NCBI RefSeq assembly: GCF_021028975.2
Contig: NC_059438.1
Coordinates: 28,024,001 to 28,088,000 of the forward strand
From: Sphaerodactylus townsendi
Taxonomy: Eukaryota
Length of the DNA stretch: 64,000 nucleotides
Direction: 5' to 3'
The notes below the pieces were generated by a model, which saw nothing but the letters and a program-made list of their open reading frames with translations, did not search any database and was not told the origin of the DNA. Below, piece after piece: positions 23,862 through 37,077 of the stretch. The position numbers were made by a program, and so were the translations under genes. The first letter of the stretch is position 1. Each line of letters begins with the position of its first letter.

Positions 23862-26800
23862 ACTGATGTTCTGCTTCAGGATTTTACCAGAGTGCATCGC
23901 ATATTCCCCCAAAAGGTTAATGGCTACGCAGCAATGGGTGGATTTTTAAATGGAGAGCCTTGACTCACTCTTCAGGGGATGAAGTCTCTTTTACAGATTT
24001 TTCAAGATCTGTTCACCTAATGCATTTAAATTATTCAATGGTATTGCTGGTATTTGCTTTAATGGGATATGAAAATCTTAGTGGTAGAAGGAGAGACTTG
24101 AGGTAGCCTCTTGTTGATGTTAAGGGCTTTCTATTTGCTACTGACATCTGGGTATTCTCTTCATCCAGGGAGTTTGCCTGGAAAGAAGGATAACTTCCCT
24201 TCTTTTCTGTAAGATCCAGGCCATTATTTTGGATCTAGCATGTACTACACTAATTGTCTCTGCATAAAGATATGTCCATTCCCTGATGGAGATGAATCAG
24301 GATTTTAGTACCCTTTCCCCAAGCAACTAAAGGCAGGGGAAGACACAATGGGTTGAGTGGTCTTTGAACTGCAGAAAGGGCTGATCATGCACAAGGCGCC
24401 TGCTGTGCGATGGGGGCAAATGTGCATCGCCACAAGATTTCTCGTACGGATATATTTCCTCAAGCCCCACTTTAACTTTCTATTCTCCCTGCAGCAAGCA
24501 AGACCACTTCTAGCATGAATTTAATTTTGCTTCGCAGCCAGAGAGGGCAAAGTTGCCACATCTTTGCCCCAGACCCCTTCCCTCTTCTCACAGCCAGCCT
24601 GCCTAGTCTCACCACCCCCACTTGCTCGTGCTGCTTTGCATGCTTCCCCTCCCCCCTCTTTAAATGCTTGTATCAGTACATTGATAGGAACAACACAAGC
24701 AGGGTATTGTTCTGGTTCCACCCCACTGCCCCTGCTTTGCTTCTGCCCTCTCCAGTAACCGAGAGGGCATTTTTAAAACTTTCTTTCAGACAAGTTTCTA
24801 TTTTAAAAACAAGACTCTCTCTTTGGTTTTTGCAAAGGAACAACACAAGGGGTCTCTTTTTGTCTCCACCCCACCTCCTCTGCCCCGCTTTTACAACTTT
24901 ATTTCAAACAAGACTGCATTTTAAATAAGTTTCCTGGATGCAGCAGCAGCAGGAAGAGAGAGAGAAAGAGAGTGTGTGTGGAGGAGAAGGGAGGGGGATC
25001 TAATATGTGGTCTCTTTTTTCAGCAGCATGTGGTCCAGGGAATGGCTTTACCTCTTTCTTTTGGGGGCAGGGTTGTGTTGGAAGAGAGGCGACAATATTG
25101 ATATACCTGCTATCACAGGTGTATCGATATAAATGCCATTTAAACAGATTTATATGCAATTTGTTAAAGCCCTTGCAATTGGGTGTGATTATATCTGTCC
25201 CTTAAAGAGCAGTTGATGGGTGGAGTTAAGAGAACCAGGAAAAGCTCCAGAGGCCCATTGAGACCAACAAGCTAGCTTTAGGACAAGTGGAGAATGGCTC
25301 CTCGCATGTTAACAGAAAAATGTGAGGAGACCCCTCTGCAAGCCCCCTGCACACTAAAGTGTCCCTGAAGAGCCCCAAGGTAAGCTTTCTATGCGTAATG
25401 GATCAAGATGGGCAGAAGGAAAAGTTATCCAGTCCAGGAAAGAGTTGCTCTGTTGATATCTTTGGCTAGGGCCTTGTTAAGGAAATTACTGTTCTGACCA
25501 CAAAACATATACTTTCAAAATAAAGATAACTGAAATGCTTAATCTTTGCTCTACATATGAGTTGTTACGAATCTGAGGTGCTGAGAGTCTGCAAAATGTT
25601 GCACTATCAAAGAGAGAGGTGAAAGAAGAACGAGAAATGGGGCAAACAGAGTGAAGGTGAGTAGGAAGGGGAACATAAATGGTGGCTCCTTGATGTGAGG
25701 CACAAAGTCACACTGAAACCCATTAAACAGCAAAGCCTTCTACAACCGTATCCTGAAACAATTGAGATTAGAAATGCTTTATGGATTATTTCCATCAAAA
25801 TCTCAGGTGTGGGGGTGGTCTTATGAATTCAAATTTTGCACCAGCCAGCTATAGCCAATAATTTGGACCAGAGCTGAGGTCACAGAAACCAAAGCAGTAG
25901 AAGAATAGGTAGAGAAAAGTCCTATGTGATAATACAATCCTTTTTAAAAGAAAGGGAGAACAGGAGCACATCTGACTTTTCAATCTCAATGAATTCTAAA
26001 TTAATGGAACTCTGCATTACTTTGACTAACTGCCATGCTAGCTGGCAAATGGCTTCAAGCAGAAGTTGAATAATTGCATTCTACAGAATTTATTTGTTTA
26101 AAACACTTGACTTTCCTCCTAAAGGCAAAGATCCAATGGGCTAACAAAATATGAACCCTGCTAAGAACAATAGCATTCATTCCATCACTTCATGAAGGGA
26201 AAGAGGACTCTTCCTGCATTTATCTCTATTCCTGCAGCCCCTTCCAACACTCAGAAAAATAATTCCCTAGCACAACTGTCTGGGTTAGGAAAGGGACAAG
26301 AATAAAGGAAGACAAGGATTTAAAATCGCTCTTCCTTTCTCTTTCACTGCTGAGCAAAGGGGTCAATGTCATCCACTTGTCCCTCCTTATTTCAGACCCC
26401 CTACCCATGCTGCTGTTCTGAACAGATCCTACAGTCCTGGGAATGACCTTTCTAGCTAGGGGGTCAGAATGGGCTGCAGGAACATCAAGGAACCCAATAA
26501 AATCCCATGTGCTTTCAACACCTGAAAGGGAGAACACATGTCAAATATAATATTAAGAACAAAACACAGCAACCAGGTTACAAACAAGCCAACAACAATA
26601 ATTCCAAATACCCTCCACAGGTGGATTGGTGGTGGCAGTCCAACCTGCTCCCTTGGCAGCAGGCTTGAGGGTCTCACTTTTCAATGTTTCTGGGGCTGAA
26701 CTTTTGCCTGTGGCCCCAAAATTGCTAGAAGTGCCCCAACTTGTGCCTTTCTCTAAAATACATAATGGAAGTTGGTTTCTTCACAGATTCTGGAAGGCTC

Positions 26801-27404
26801 CATGACTTTGTTGTTGTTATAGGAAAAGTCCAAGAGCAAGCAGCAGAATCTCCAACCGCTTTGCAGGAAAGACCAGAGCTGCTACATGGGCTGATGGTCT
26901 CTCAAGTATGAGGGTCTGAAATCACAAAAGGGCTTTGAAGGTATCCAGAAGCAAACAGGCAATCAGTACAAGGAAAACAAAATTACTAAACCAGCTAGCC
27001 TCAATGAATAATCATGCTGTCTTGCTTTGAACCAACTAAAGTTTCTAAACAGTCTCCAAGGGCAGCCCTTCACAGAATATATTACGCCAGTCTAGCCTCA
27101 AAGATACCATAGTCTGGATCAATGCAGCTAGTTCTATTCTATTGATTCCAAGTGGGACTATATTCCCTGCCAGATATAAAGGACTTCCAGATACTCATCA
27201 ATTGTTTTTCCTGAAGGAAGGATGGATCTGACAAGGCTTCTGAGCAATTTACTGAATTTGTCAGAGAAAACTTCACCTCATATAAAGAAGACAACGTAAC
27301 TCTCTCTAAGACATCAAACCTCCCCACCAGCATCGTATCTCTCTTTGCTGACATGAAATCCAGATTGCTTTCCACTTAAACAATTAAAACACTTAAATCA
27401 ATGA

Positions 27405-27651
27405 TGCGGCTGGCCTCCACGCGGGCCAGGGCCTTTACGGCCCTGGCCCCCCCCCAAGCAGAGAGGCCTTTCAAAAAATCACAATTTTGGGGTTCACCTT
27501 ACACTACTATTATTATCATTATGTTTGTATCGCTGTTTTAAAGATTTTAGTAATTCATTTTATTTATGCTTGTGCTGTACACCGCCCAGAGCCCCTTGGG
27601 GATGGGGCGGTATAAAAGCCGAAACAATAAATAAATAAATAAATAAAATAA
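27405..27651 (+). mobile_element. L2 LINE 3' end with (TAAA)n tail, internally deleted
   Basis: gccagggcctttacggccctggcc...ccgcccagagccccttggggatggggcggtata...(taaa)n; reverse-complement similarity to 36003-36560. Confidence 0.65.
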
Positions 27652-28494
27652 ACATATGATCCAGGAACTGGCGGTGGCATGGGAAAGAGAGGACTGCCTT
27701 TCAGAGGCTTTTTCAAAGAATTATAAAGTTAGATGTCATGTATTATTGATGTGTAATACTAAAGTTTTGGATGGTCTCATTCAAAGATATCACATACATA
27801 TTAAAAAACACAGGATATAAAATAGACATTTATGGAGTCCTGCAGGTCAAATCCCAAATAGCAGACTCTGCTCTCCAGGGGCAATCCTCTTACTCTGGTT
27901 GGATAAAAAGAGATTTTAGCAACACAAGCGCTGCTGCTGTAATCCAGCAACACCCAACATTCTGCTTGCTAATGGGTTTCCTGACACCTACTTGCCACCT
28001 AGCTTGACCTCTTCCAGTTCTATTCTTCATCCCTTTTCAATTTCCTGCCTTGGTGTTCCTTAAGTGGTCTGTTTATACTCCCTTGTTTGTTTGTCACATT
28101 TCACATCCTTTCCTTCCCTCTCCTCTGCCCTTCTCCATCTCTTGAGTTTCTCTGTTCCTACCTCTACTTCACACTAGTTCTCCTGTACACTTCAAGTTGC
28201 GCTTTGGGTGATGGCAGGAGAGGCAGTGAGGAAGAAATACCTGGGGTGGGTGGCTGGGGATCAGGCTACAGTCTCCTACTTAGAAATCTGAACAGGAGCT
28301 GTAACTTAAAGGACTCAGGGATGAGTTGTGTGTGGGGGGGGAGCCCCTCCATTTAGGCCTACCCCAGTCCCACTCCACACAGAAAGGAAGAAGAGAGAAT
28401 GAGCCTCCTTGCCTGCACAGTTAGATCCACCCCACCATGACTCAGCTGGGTGTCACTATGTGTGCGTTATCCTTCTTGTCACTGGGTTGGGTTG

Positions 28495-28533
28495 GGGGGG
28501 TGGGGTGGGGTGGGGTGGGGTGGAGGGGGTGGG
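28495..28533 (+). repeat. (GGGGT)n G-rich microsatellite with G-quadruplex potential
   Basis: ggggggtggggtggggtggggtggggtggagggggtggg. Confidence 0.85.
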
Positions 28534-28967
28534 AGGCCATCAATGTGTAAGGTTGACCCCATAAAAAGCTGATAGAAAAGGACTCTTGCTCTAACTGCAA
28601 CCTACAGAATTCAAAGGCTTGGCATTTCAGGTTATCAAGTGCACAGTCTTGGTGGCCAAAATGGCCAATCCATGCTTGTTCTGAACAACAGCTGCTCCAT
28701 CATCAACAGGACGTAATGAGAAGGGAAAGAAAGCGCCAAAAGAAAGAAGAAAATAAGAGGAGGAGAATGGAGAATTTACACTGCTGCATTCTCAGTCACG
28801 CAGACACACTCTCTTAGTGCCTGTACACATGGCAATTATACAGGCAAATGGACTTCTCCTCAATACTGGCTTCAAGTAAATTCCCCTATCAGTGTACAGA
28901 AAGACTTGCAGTTGGTGCCTAAAACAACCCTAGGAACCAAGAAGGTTAGGAGCAATGAAGAAAATAT

Positions 28968-28995
28968 CACACACACACACACACACACACACACA
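28968..28995. repeat. (CA)n microsatellite
   Basis: About 14 CA units. Confidence 0.95.
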
Positions 28996-29609
28996 ATAGT
29001 GTCATCGTTCGACCTCTGAGAAAGACTAAATTTGATTAAAATGAATTAGCACCTGAGTGTACCTATTTACCAGTATGTAATCTATATGACTGTTTTTAAT
29101 TCAATTTTTAATAACTATCAAGTGTTTTAACTTAAAGATTGTGTGGACTGAACAATAAATGCTGATTATATAATTGATTTTATTTCCTTTTTGGTTCTTA
29201 ACCATGTTGGTTCCTAGCTTGTCGCATTGGGTTGCCTCCTTCCCTTTCCGTATGTTTTGGTTGACTAAAACCACCAAAATTTATTTCAATTGGATATATA
29301 TCAGCAAGCTCTGGCAATTACACAATTACCTGCCCTGTTTCTTAATTCCCTAGGGAAAAAAATAAAATATTTCATGTGCTCCACCCCAAATATGTCCTTT
29401 CATTTATTTACATCTTTTCTATAAAATATGGAAGGGAGAAGAAACTAGGAATTGCTGAACACCTACACTTCCCTGAATGTAAAGTCAGATATATTTGAAC
29501 GGTACATTTTCCCCTTCCACTGGAGAAACTACTAAAGTGCCTGTATGGCTGCCATTTTGTTATGACACCTGCTACCTTTTCTCAAAATTGCACATGGTTA
29601 ACAAGTCTA

Positions 29610-30916
29610 GAAAATGCCCATTGGGCAAGGTGGGCAGCTGCCCAGGGCACCACCTTGTGGGGGGCATCAAAATGCAGGGTTCGTTTTTGGGTATTTTTAG
29701 TGGTTTTCCATTTTTGGTCTGCAGGGGGTGCAGTTTTTAGACTAGCGGCACCAAAATTTCAGCGTATCATCAGGAGACTGCCCTTATGCTACCTCCCAAG
29801 TTTGGTGAGGTTTGGTTCAGGGAGTCCAAAGTTATGGACTCCCAAAGGGGATGCCCCCATCCCCCATTGTTTCCAATGGGAGCTAATAGGACATGGGGGC
29901 TACAGGTTTGAGGGTCCATAACTTTGCCCCCCCCCCCCCCCCCGCCTGCAACCCCCATGGACAGCAATACAGAAAACATAATTTCAGGGTATCATATGGA
30001 GACTGTCCTGATGGCACCCCCCAAGTTTGGTGCAGTTTGGTTCAGGGTGTCCAAATTTATGGACCCTCAAAAGGGTAGCCCCCATCTCCTTATCAAAGTA
30101 TGGGGGATGGGGCACCCCTTTTGAGGGTCCTTAACTTTGGACCACCTAAACCAAACTGCACCAAACTTGGGGGTCCCATCAGGAGAGTTTCCAGATGATA
30201 TGATACCCTGAAATTTTGGTGTCAATACATCCACAACTGCGCCCCCTGCAGGAACATCCCAGAAATTTGCCCAAGAATCTTTGGCCCCTTCCGCACACAC
30301 AAAATAATGCATTTTCAAACCACTTTCACAACTGTTTGCAAGTGGATTTTGTCATTCCGCACAGCTTCAAAGAACACTGAAAGCAGTTTGAAAGTGCATT
30401 ATTCTGCATGTGCGGAATGAGCCCTTGTTCTGCATTGAGTTTTCTGTATTGCTGTCAATGGGTGTTGCAGGCCGGGGGGGAGTGGGGGCACATTTCTGAA
30501 GGCAAAGTCCCAAAACTTTCAGGGTCTCATCAGGAGACTGCCCTAATGATACCCTCCAGGTTTGGTGCAGTTTGGTTCAGTGGGGCCAAAGTCATGGTAC
30601 CTCAAACCTGTAGCCCCCATGTCCTATTAGCTCCCATTGGAAACAATGGGGGATGGGGCACCCCCTTTGGGAGTCCATAACTTTGGACTCCTTAAACCAA
30701 AACCCCACCAAACTTGGGAGGTAGCATAAGGGCAGTCTCCTGATGATACGCTGAAATTTTGGTGCTGATATTTCTAAAAATGCACCCCCTGCAGGCACCA
30801 ATGTTGTGGTGCAAAAAAAAATTTGGTCGTGGTGGAGTGGCCGCCCATGGGGGGTGGGGGGGGGGCATCCTACTCAGGTTTTGTCCAGGGCTACAGTTTG
30901 CCTCATTACGCCCCTG
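29610..30916. mobile_element. Foldback-type non-autonomous DNA element built from a ~100-bp module in both orientations
   Basis: Inverted arms 29719-29930/30583-30794 and 29980-30087/30106-30215; right end ...attacgcccctg is hAT-like. Confidence 0.7.
30283..30423. mobile_element. PIF/Harbinger-like MITE nested in the foldback element
   Basis: GGCCCCTTCCGCACA...TGTGCGGAATGAGCC TIRs; sister copy at 38385-38513. Confidence 0.75.
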
Positions 30917-32675
30917 CTACTGATCTGTGTGATGTTCTCCAAGTGCTTTAGTGAAATGACATGCTCACAGTCAAAAGATCAAGCAAAACAAAGGGGAAAA
31001 AAGGAAATGTTCTCCTTTATCAGTCTGCAAACAGATTGTCCCCAACAGCAGGTGACCCAAAAGGAGACTCTGATGCCAGACACGACAAGACAAGATCAGA
31101 CAGAGAACATCTGCAAGGCTTAATTGGAGTGAGTCGGCAATCTGTATGGAGGCTAAATTAGGACAGGTGAAAACAAGAGCCCCAATAATGCCCAACTGTT
31201 CCAAACAGAAGCACAGCTGGATCTATCCAGAAATGCTAATAGAATTCTACCCTTATATAGGAATCATTTATAAGGGAATTATTTATATAGGCAAAGAATG
31301 CAACTCATCCCCATATAAGCCAGAGTAGAATTGCCCATTAATTAGGGCCTGGAAACAGGATAGGTTTCAGAAATTATTATCCTTAAAAGAAATCAACCCA
31401 TGAGGCTCACCTTCCAGGCCATGTTCCCCTTTGAGAGACAATCAAACGAATCTTCAAAAACAGGCAGGGCTTCAAATCCACAGCACTTTTACTTGTCAGG
31501 CCTTGATTGATCACAGTGGGGCAGGCTGCTCCTTTTTTGGAACAAAAAATGAATGTCTTTATTAGGAACAGCAGTTGCAAGGACATTCTTGAAATGGCAG
31601 GGGATGCTTGCACATTTTACGAACAAGCATTTCTAGAACACCCTGTTGGATGCAAAGTGCACTAAGTAATAACCCAGTGCAGTTAAGGCCACACAGACAT
31701 TTGAGACAATGTGAGCACACAACTGGGATCCATTCCCATGAGATGAATCATAGCAAGGAAGCTCCAAGAGTTATCCTCTACAAATTAAACTCATCCCTGT
31801 TTGGGCCAGAGTCAAACTGACCACTTATTTGGGAGGGCAGAGTGTGTGACTGGTTTAGATGTGTGCCTAACGTACAGATCTCCCCACCCCCACCCCCCGC
31901 CACCCCACCCCATTCTTGCCTCTAATCTTCTTTTGGAGTGCAATAATGTGGCACAGTACAAACAGTTGCTCCACAATGAATTTAGCAATACTCAATTCAT
32001 ATGTCCCCTTAAACTTGCCCTAAAGGTGGAAATAATACAGGTACTTAAACATAAGTTGCAGAATTAGTAGCTTTTAACCTCATTACTACAAAGTGCAGGC
32101 AATTATCCTTCCTTTTTTAATCATAGCTTCCAGTCTTCCTCTTTCAGAAGCCTCAATGGATTTTCTTCTCTTTCCTCTCACATTTTCTGACTATTTCCTA
32201 TTTTATTCCCAATAAATTATTCCACTGAATCTGCAGGAATTTTCTAGGAGACAACAGCAATTTCTGTTACTAAATTTTTTGATGTGGATATGACACTCAG
32301 CTCTGATCAGAGGAAAGTGTCTTGTCCCACCCAGGTCAGTAACCCACATGCTACAAATACATTTTTTCCCCAATGCAGTGGAGTGCAAAGCTGATCTCTA
32401 ATCCAGAAGAATTGGCTTCACAGTAGCCTGCGCTACCCAAAGAGGCCAGGAGCTAACCTCTGTACAGAAACAGAAGACAAATTAATCTTTTCCTGCCACA
32501 GCGAGAAAAACAAGAGTCTCCAAATGTACCTGAGATTTCTGAGTGGTCACCAGCTTAACTCTTGGAGGGCAAATTAGCCACAGTAAATAGTAACATACTT
32601 GTTAGTTTTTAAGGTGCCACTAGACATGTTTGTTTCTGCGGTAAGAGACCTATACAGCTTTGTGTGTATTTATAA

Positions 32676-32758
32676 AAGTGTTGTCAAGCTGACTTATGGT
32701 AACCCCCGCAAGGGGCTTTCAAGGCAAGTGAGAAGTAGAGGTGGTTTGCCAATTCCTT
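32676..32758 (-). mobile_element. Sauria/RTE-type SINE tail fragment
   Basis: Reverse complement of ggcaaaccacctct...cttgccttgaaa...ccataagtcagc. Confidence 0.6.
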
Positions 32759-35063
32759 CCTCCACAGAATCTATCTCTGTTTAATATATTTATTTCCTTC
32801 ACTGTGGCTTCTCTGGAATTAAAGCACAAACAAATGGGCAACTGACATTCCCATTGGGCCATGAACTTTGTCAAATGAGCAATCAATACCCCCAACTTTC
32901 TCCCCCCTTGTTATCTTATTGATCAACCAATCAGGTTTGACATTTTTTTTACTCAAGCCTAGTCCACTAGTCCATCTTATTTTTCCTATTTGTATACTTT
33001 TCAGAGTAAAGTAAGCCAAGAGAATCTCAGATTGAGAGAGGTCTTCCTGTTGTTGATTGCTCCTGACACTTGATTCCTGCTCCTGACTCCAAATTCTTGG
33101 ATGGCAGATCTCAATGGACTTCAACCTCACTGGATCAGGACAGTAAGCTTCTCTTAACTATATGTGCTTAGGTTAGGACCTAGTGGCATTTAGGGTTTGT
33201 AGAACATTTTTCAGCATTTTGAGTGTGTGTACATGCTTCCAAAATGAGTATTCAGTTTGTTAATCCCCTCTGTCATTGAGGGTGGTCGTGGTTACAGTTC
33301 CAGCATCTTTCCTCTTCCCCCAGTCTGAGGATCAAGTCTGACTTATGCAATACAAGAAACATCAAGCCACCTAATACACCCGAAAACAAAATCCAACCGT
33401 TCAAGAACTTTTAGTTTATAAAACCTGATTGGGCAATATTTCAGGCTGTCATGCACACAAGTAACCAGACTCCTCAAATAAGCCATCGGATAAGCCCAGT
33501 AAATCCAGAAGACACTCCAAACAACAAAAGTTCTGTATTTAGGAAACTCAGAAGAATGCACTCTGAACACTAAACTAGCTTATATAAACTATTACATGTG
33601 TAAACTAATAAAAATATGAGCTCCAGACAAAGTTTCCTAATCAACTCCCACCACAGAACTACCTGGGACACTCTGGGGGATGCAATCAAAAACCCAAACG
33701 TTACACACTAATGCTGCACAGTGGCTAAATTATATTAAGAAATATCATACTAATATAGTGTACATATGAACATATTATCATCCTAAAGAAAGTGCATTCA
33801 TCCCAATAGTGCTATTAAATATCAATAATTAAAAACAGATTGTCTGCGGGACCCATCTGCCTCATCTTTCCAAAGGGTCATTATTGTCTGTAGGAAGATT
33901 ATGAGTGCTGCGACCTCTAAAGACATGGAGGGTTGCTGCCGCAGTCATGGGCCAGGACACAACATGCAATTATACTGGAAGCGGCAAGCAGCACAAAAAG
34001 CTGTATACTTCAAAGAACCTTGATAAGGACACAAAGTCTTAAGGAACTGTACAAAGTCAACCTTGCAACATAGACTCTCTGGTCTTTCTGTTAATTTCAA
34101 ATGATACAGTGTATGAGCATATAGGTCAGTATCAAGTGAATACATCATGGTCCAAGGTAGCAGCCCCACTTCAGCCTCTAGAGCAAAATTCCAGAAACAA
34201 GGAAAAACTACACATAATACTGCAGCTTCAACAATTCTTTTTCCATTATAATGCACCCACCTAGGGAAGGAGCTGAAAGTCATGATGGAGAAGGTTAAAT
34301 TCTTCCCCTATCATCCTATTTTTTTCTGAAATTCTCTCCCACCAAAAATGTAGTTTGCTATGGAAGGACTGGGAAGTCCAGTGTCGACAGAGATAGGGTT
34401 AGGCACCCACTTCCCTCTTATCTGCTTCATATGGGTGCTTTGCAAGGGAGAATGGGGCAGGGAAATGTGCCATCTTATCCAAAGGAAGAAAAATATTGCC
34501 CTGCAGACAATTTACACAGCAGCTGTCCTTCATAACAAACATGCCCTATTAGTTCCTTCACTTTACATTCCTTTCCTCTGCTTGCTACATCTCGAAAACA
34601 TCCTTACCAGAACCGCGTGTGGTATTTCAAACACAGTTGTATGCTTGATGTATCATGATATTTGTTAATTTTATTTTTAATTCTCTTCTGAATGACACTT
34701 AATTTTTATCACTGATGCAACCACTTCTCACACCTTACGCTTCTCTTCTCCCTCGTTTGTTATCTATGGACAAATTGGGTGAATGTACTCCTACAGAATG
34801 TCGATTTGCATTCCTGTACTGCCTGTCGATTGTCAAGAGTACAAGTGGAGCTGCAGCAGCATCTGGTGGTCTGACAGACTAAAATGCCAGCCAGCTGCTA
34901 CTCAGACTCTAGAGGCCCCAACAGGCTACACAAAAAGGACTTTATCTATCTTTATGTAACATGTGAATTCTAAGGAACAACAGTTAACAGGCACCACGCT
35001 GAGCAGTGTGAAATAATAAGCCACTTAAACATACCAATATATGGAATCCCATACTGCATAACT

Positions 35064-35287
35064 GAGATCCAGCATGATTAAGAGTGGTAGATTCTGTCCT
35101 AGATCACTGAGTTCAAGTCTCCACTCCTCCACATGAAGCCTGCTGGGTGACCCTGGGCCAGTCACAGTTGTCTCAGAATTCCCTCAGTCCATGTAAAGGC
35201 AGGCAATGGCAAACCACCTCTGAATGTTTCTTGCCTTGAAAACCCTATGGAGTTGCCATACATCAGCTGTGACTTGACAGCACTTTA
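35064..35287 (+). mobile_element. tRNA-headed Sauria-type SINE
   Basis: Head and body shared with the Squam3-like family; tail ggcaatggcaaaccacctctg...ccttgaaaaccctatggagttgccat...gacttgacagcac. Confidence 0.7.
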
Positions 35288-35723
35288 CAACAACACCATG
35301 TTGCATAATTAAAACAGGGTGCTTGGAAAGGAGTGGATAAAACAACAGTGCTGAGTTGTCAACAACGTATAGTTTTATGCAGCCTCAGCTGTTACAGGAT
35401 GAGCAGAACAACCCAGTTCAAACACTCTGATATGAAGAGAATGGTATCTGCCTCCATAAAAACAAATGAACAAACCCATGCTGATCCTTGTGACACTGTC
35501 TTATTTCACTGTCTTTTGAATGTAGTCAGTGGCCAAGGTAGATATTTATGGAAAGGAGAAACAAAGCATATAAAGACTTTCATCTGTGTGTATAATTTAA
35601 TGTTTGCACACAGCATTTCTGTGTAAACATTTTAAGAATCCCTATTCGGCTCTGCAAGGTTGATCAAAGTGAAATGAATGCAGCATTGCCAGTTCGGTTA
35701 CCACAGTCTGCGCTTCGACAGCA

Positions 35724-35886
35724 AGAAGAAGAAGAGTTTGGATTTATATCCCACCTTTCTGTCCTGTAGGGAGACTCATGGTGGCTTACAAGCTCCTTTC
35801 CCTTCCTGTCCCCAGAAAAGACACCTTGTGAGGTAGGTGGGGCTGAGAGAGTTCCGAAGAACTGTCACTAGTTCAAGGTCAGCCAG
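35724..35886 (-). mobile_element. Squam3-like SINE 3' half, split from its head at 36961-37077
   Basis: (GAA)n tail then family body up to aaggtcagccag; the sequence resumes at 36961. Confidence 0.8.
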
Positions 35887-36960
35887 TGTAACCCCTATGT
35901 TCAGAATGGGATGACCCAGAAAGGGGGGGAGACTGAAAGCAGCAGAAGGCTGCAAAGCTCATGAAGTTGGAGGAAGCGAGGCTACCAGGTTGGGACCTTG
36001 ATTGTATGTATGTATGTATGTATGTATGTATGTATGTATGTATGTATGTATTTATATACCGCCCTCCCCAAAGGCTCAGGGCGGTGTCCATCAAGAATAA
36101 AACAATTTAAAACATCATAATATATAATTTACATAAAATAATACATAAAACCAAGACTACAGATGGCTTCAACCCCTCTCTCCCCCCTTTATATACCCAC
36201 GGGAGGCCAGATGTTCTTATGGCGGAGTTGACATCATCCCAGCTGGCCAAATGCCTGGCGGAACAGGTCCGTTTTACAGGCCCTGTGGAAACTTTGTAAG
36301 TCCCGCAGGACCCTGATCTCACCTGGAAGCCTGTTCCACCTGTAAAGGCCAGCCAGATCGCTTTGGGGCCAGGGATCACCAGTAGTTCCGCCTCCGATGA
36401 GAGGAGGGGCCTAGAAGGGCGATGTAGGGAGAGACGGTCCCTCAGATAAGCAGGGCCAAGGCCGCGAATGGCTTTGAAGGTCAATACCAAAACTTTAAAC
36501 ATGACCCGGTACTCGATTGGCAGCCAGTGCAGTTGGTATAGGACCGCCGTTATAAGCCCTTAACACCTTGTTTAAGGTAACTGCAATGTTGTTGGGAACT
36601 AGTGGAAAGGGAGTTGTTTATTTTTGCTCTATTGTAAAAGTAAGCATTTATTGTTTCAGGGTTTTTGTTTATGTAATCGCTGAGAGTTCTTTTGGGGACC
36701 TTCATCATCTTGAATCCAGTTCACCAAGCCTCTGGACTCTTCATGAGCCAACCACCAGCAGGAAGAAATGAACTTGGCATGATCAGACTGTAATTAGAAG
36801 GACTTGGAATGAAACTTGAACAGGACCTTGGAGTGTTAAGTTAAACGTTAATGTTTGATAAGTGTCATATGTTAAAGAAAGCAAACCGTTTTGTTTAAAA
36901 TGTAGTTGTTGCAAACTCCTTCCAAGTTCTGCCCCACAGAACCCACAAGCTGAGGTTACA
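35887..36960 (-). mobile_element. Solo LTR (about 515 bp net) inserted in a SINE and itself interrupted by L2
   Basis: TGTAACC...GGTTACA termini with exact 4-bp TSD CCAG (35883-35886 and 36961-36964); TTTATT at 36617 and 36647. Confidence 0.8.
36003..36560 (-). mobile_element. L2 LINE 3' fragment with (CATA)n tail
   Basis: FKVLVLTFKAIRGLGPAYLRDRL is the L2 ORF2 C-terminal motif; (TATG)n at 36003-36051. Confidence 0.85.
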
Positions 36961-37077
36961 CCAGCAGGAATGTAGGCGTGCGGAAACACACCTGGTTCAC
37001 CAGGTAAGCCTCTGCCACTCAGGTGGAGGAGTGGGGAATCAAACTCCAGCTCTAAACCACTGCACCACGCTGGCTCT
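36961..37077 (-). mobile_element. Squam3-like SINE head, partner of 35724-35886
   Basis: ccagcaggaatgtagg...ggggaatcaaac...accactgcaccacgctggctct. Confidence 0.8.

Noticed and set aside
24378-25172. Harbinger-like element or the 137-aa ORF at 24515
   Set aside because: Terminal repeats are too weak to define, and the ORF is low-complexity with no recognisable motif.
34851-34871. CTCF site between CALB2 and GOT2
   Set aside because: CCACCAGATGCTG (minus strand) misses key consensus positions; not supportable by eye.
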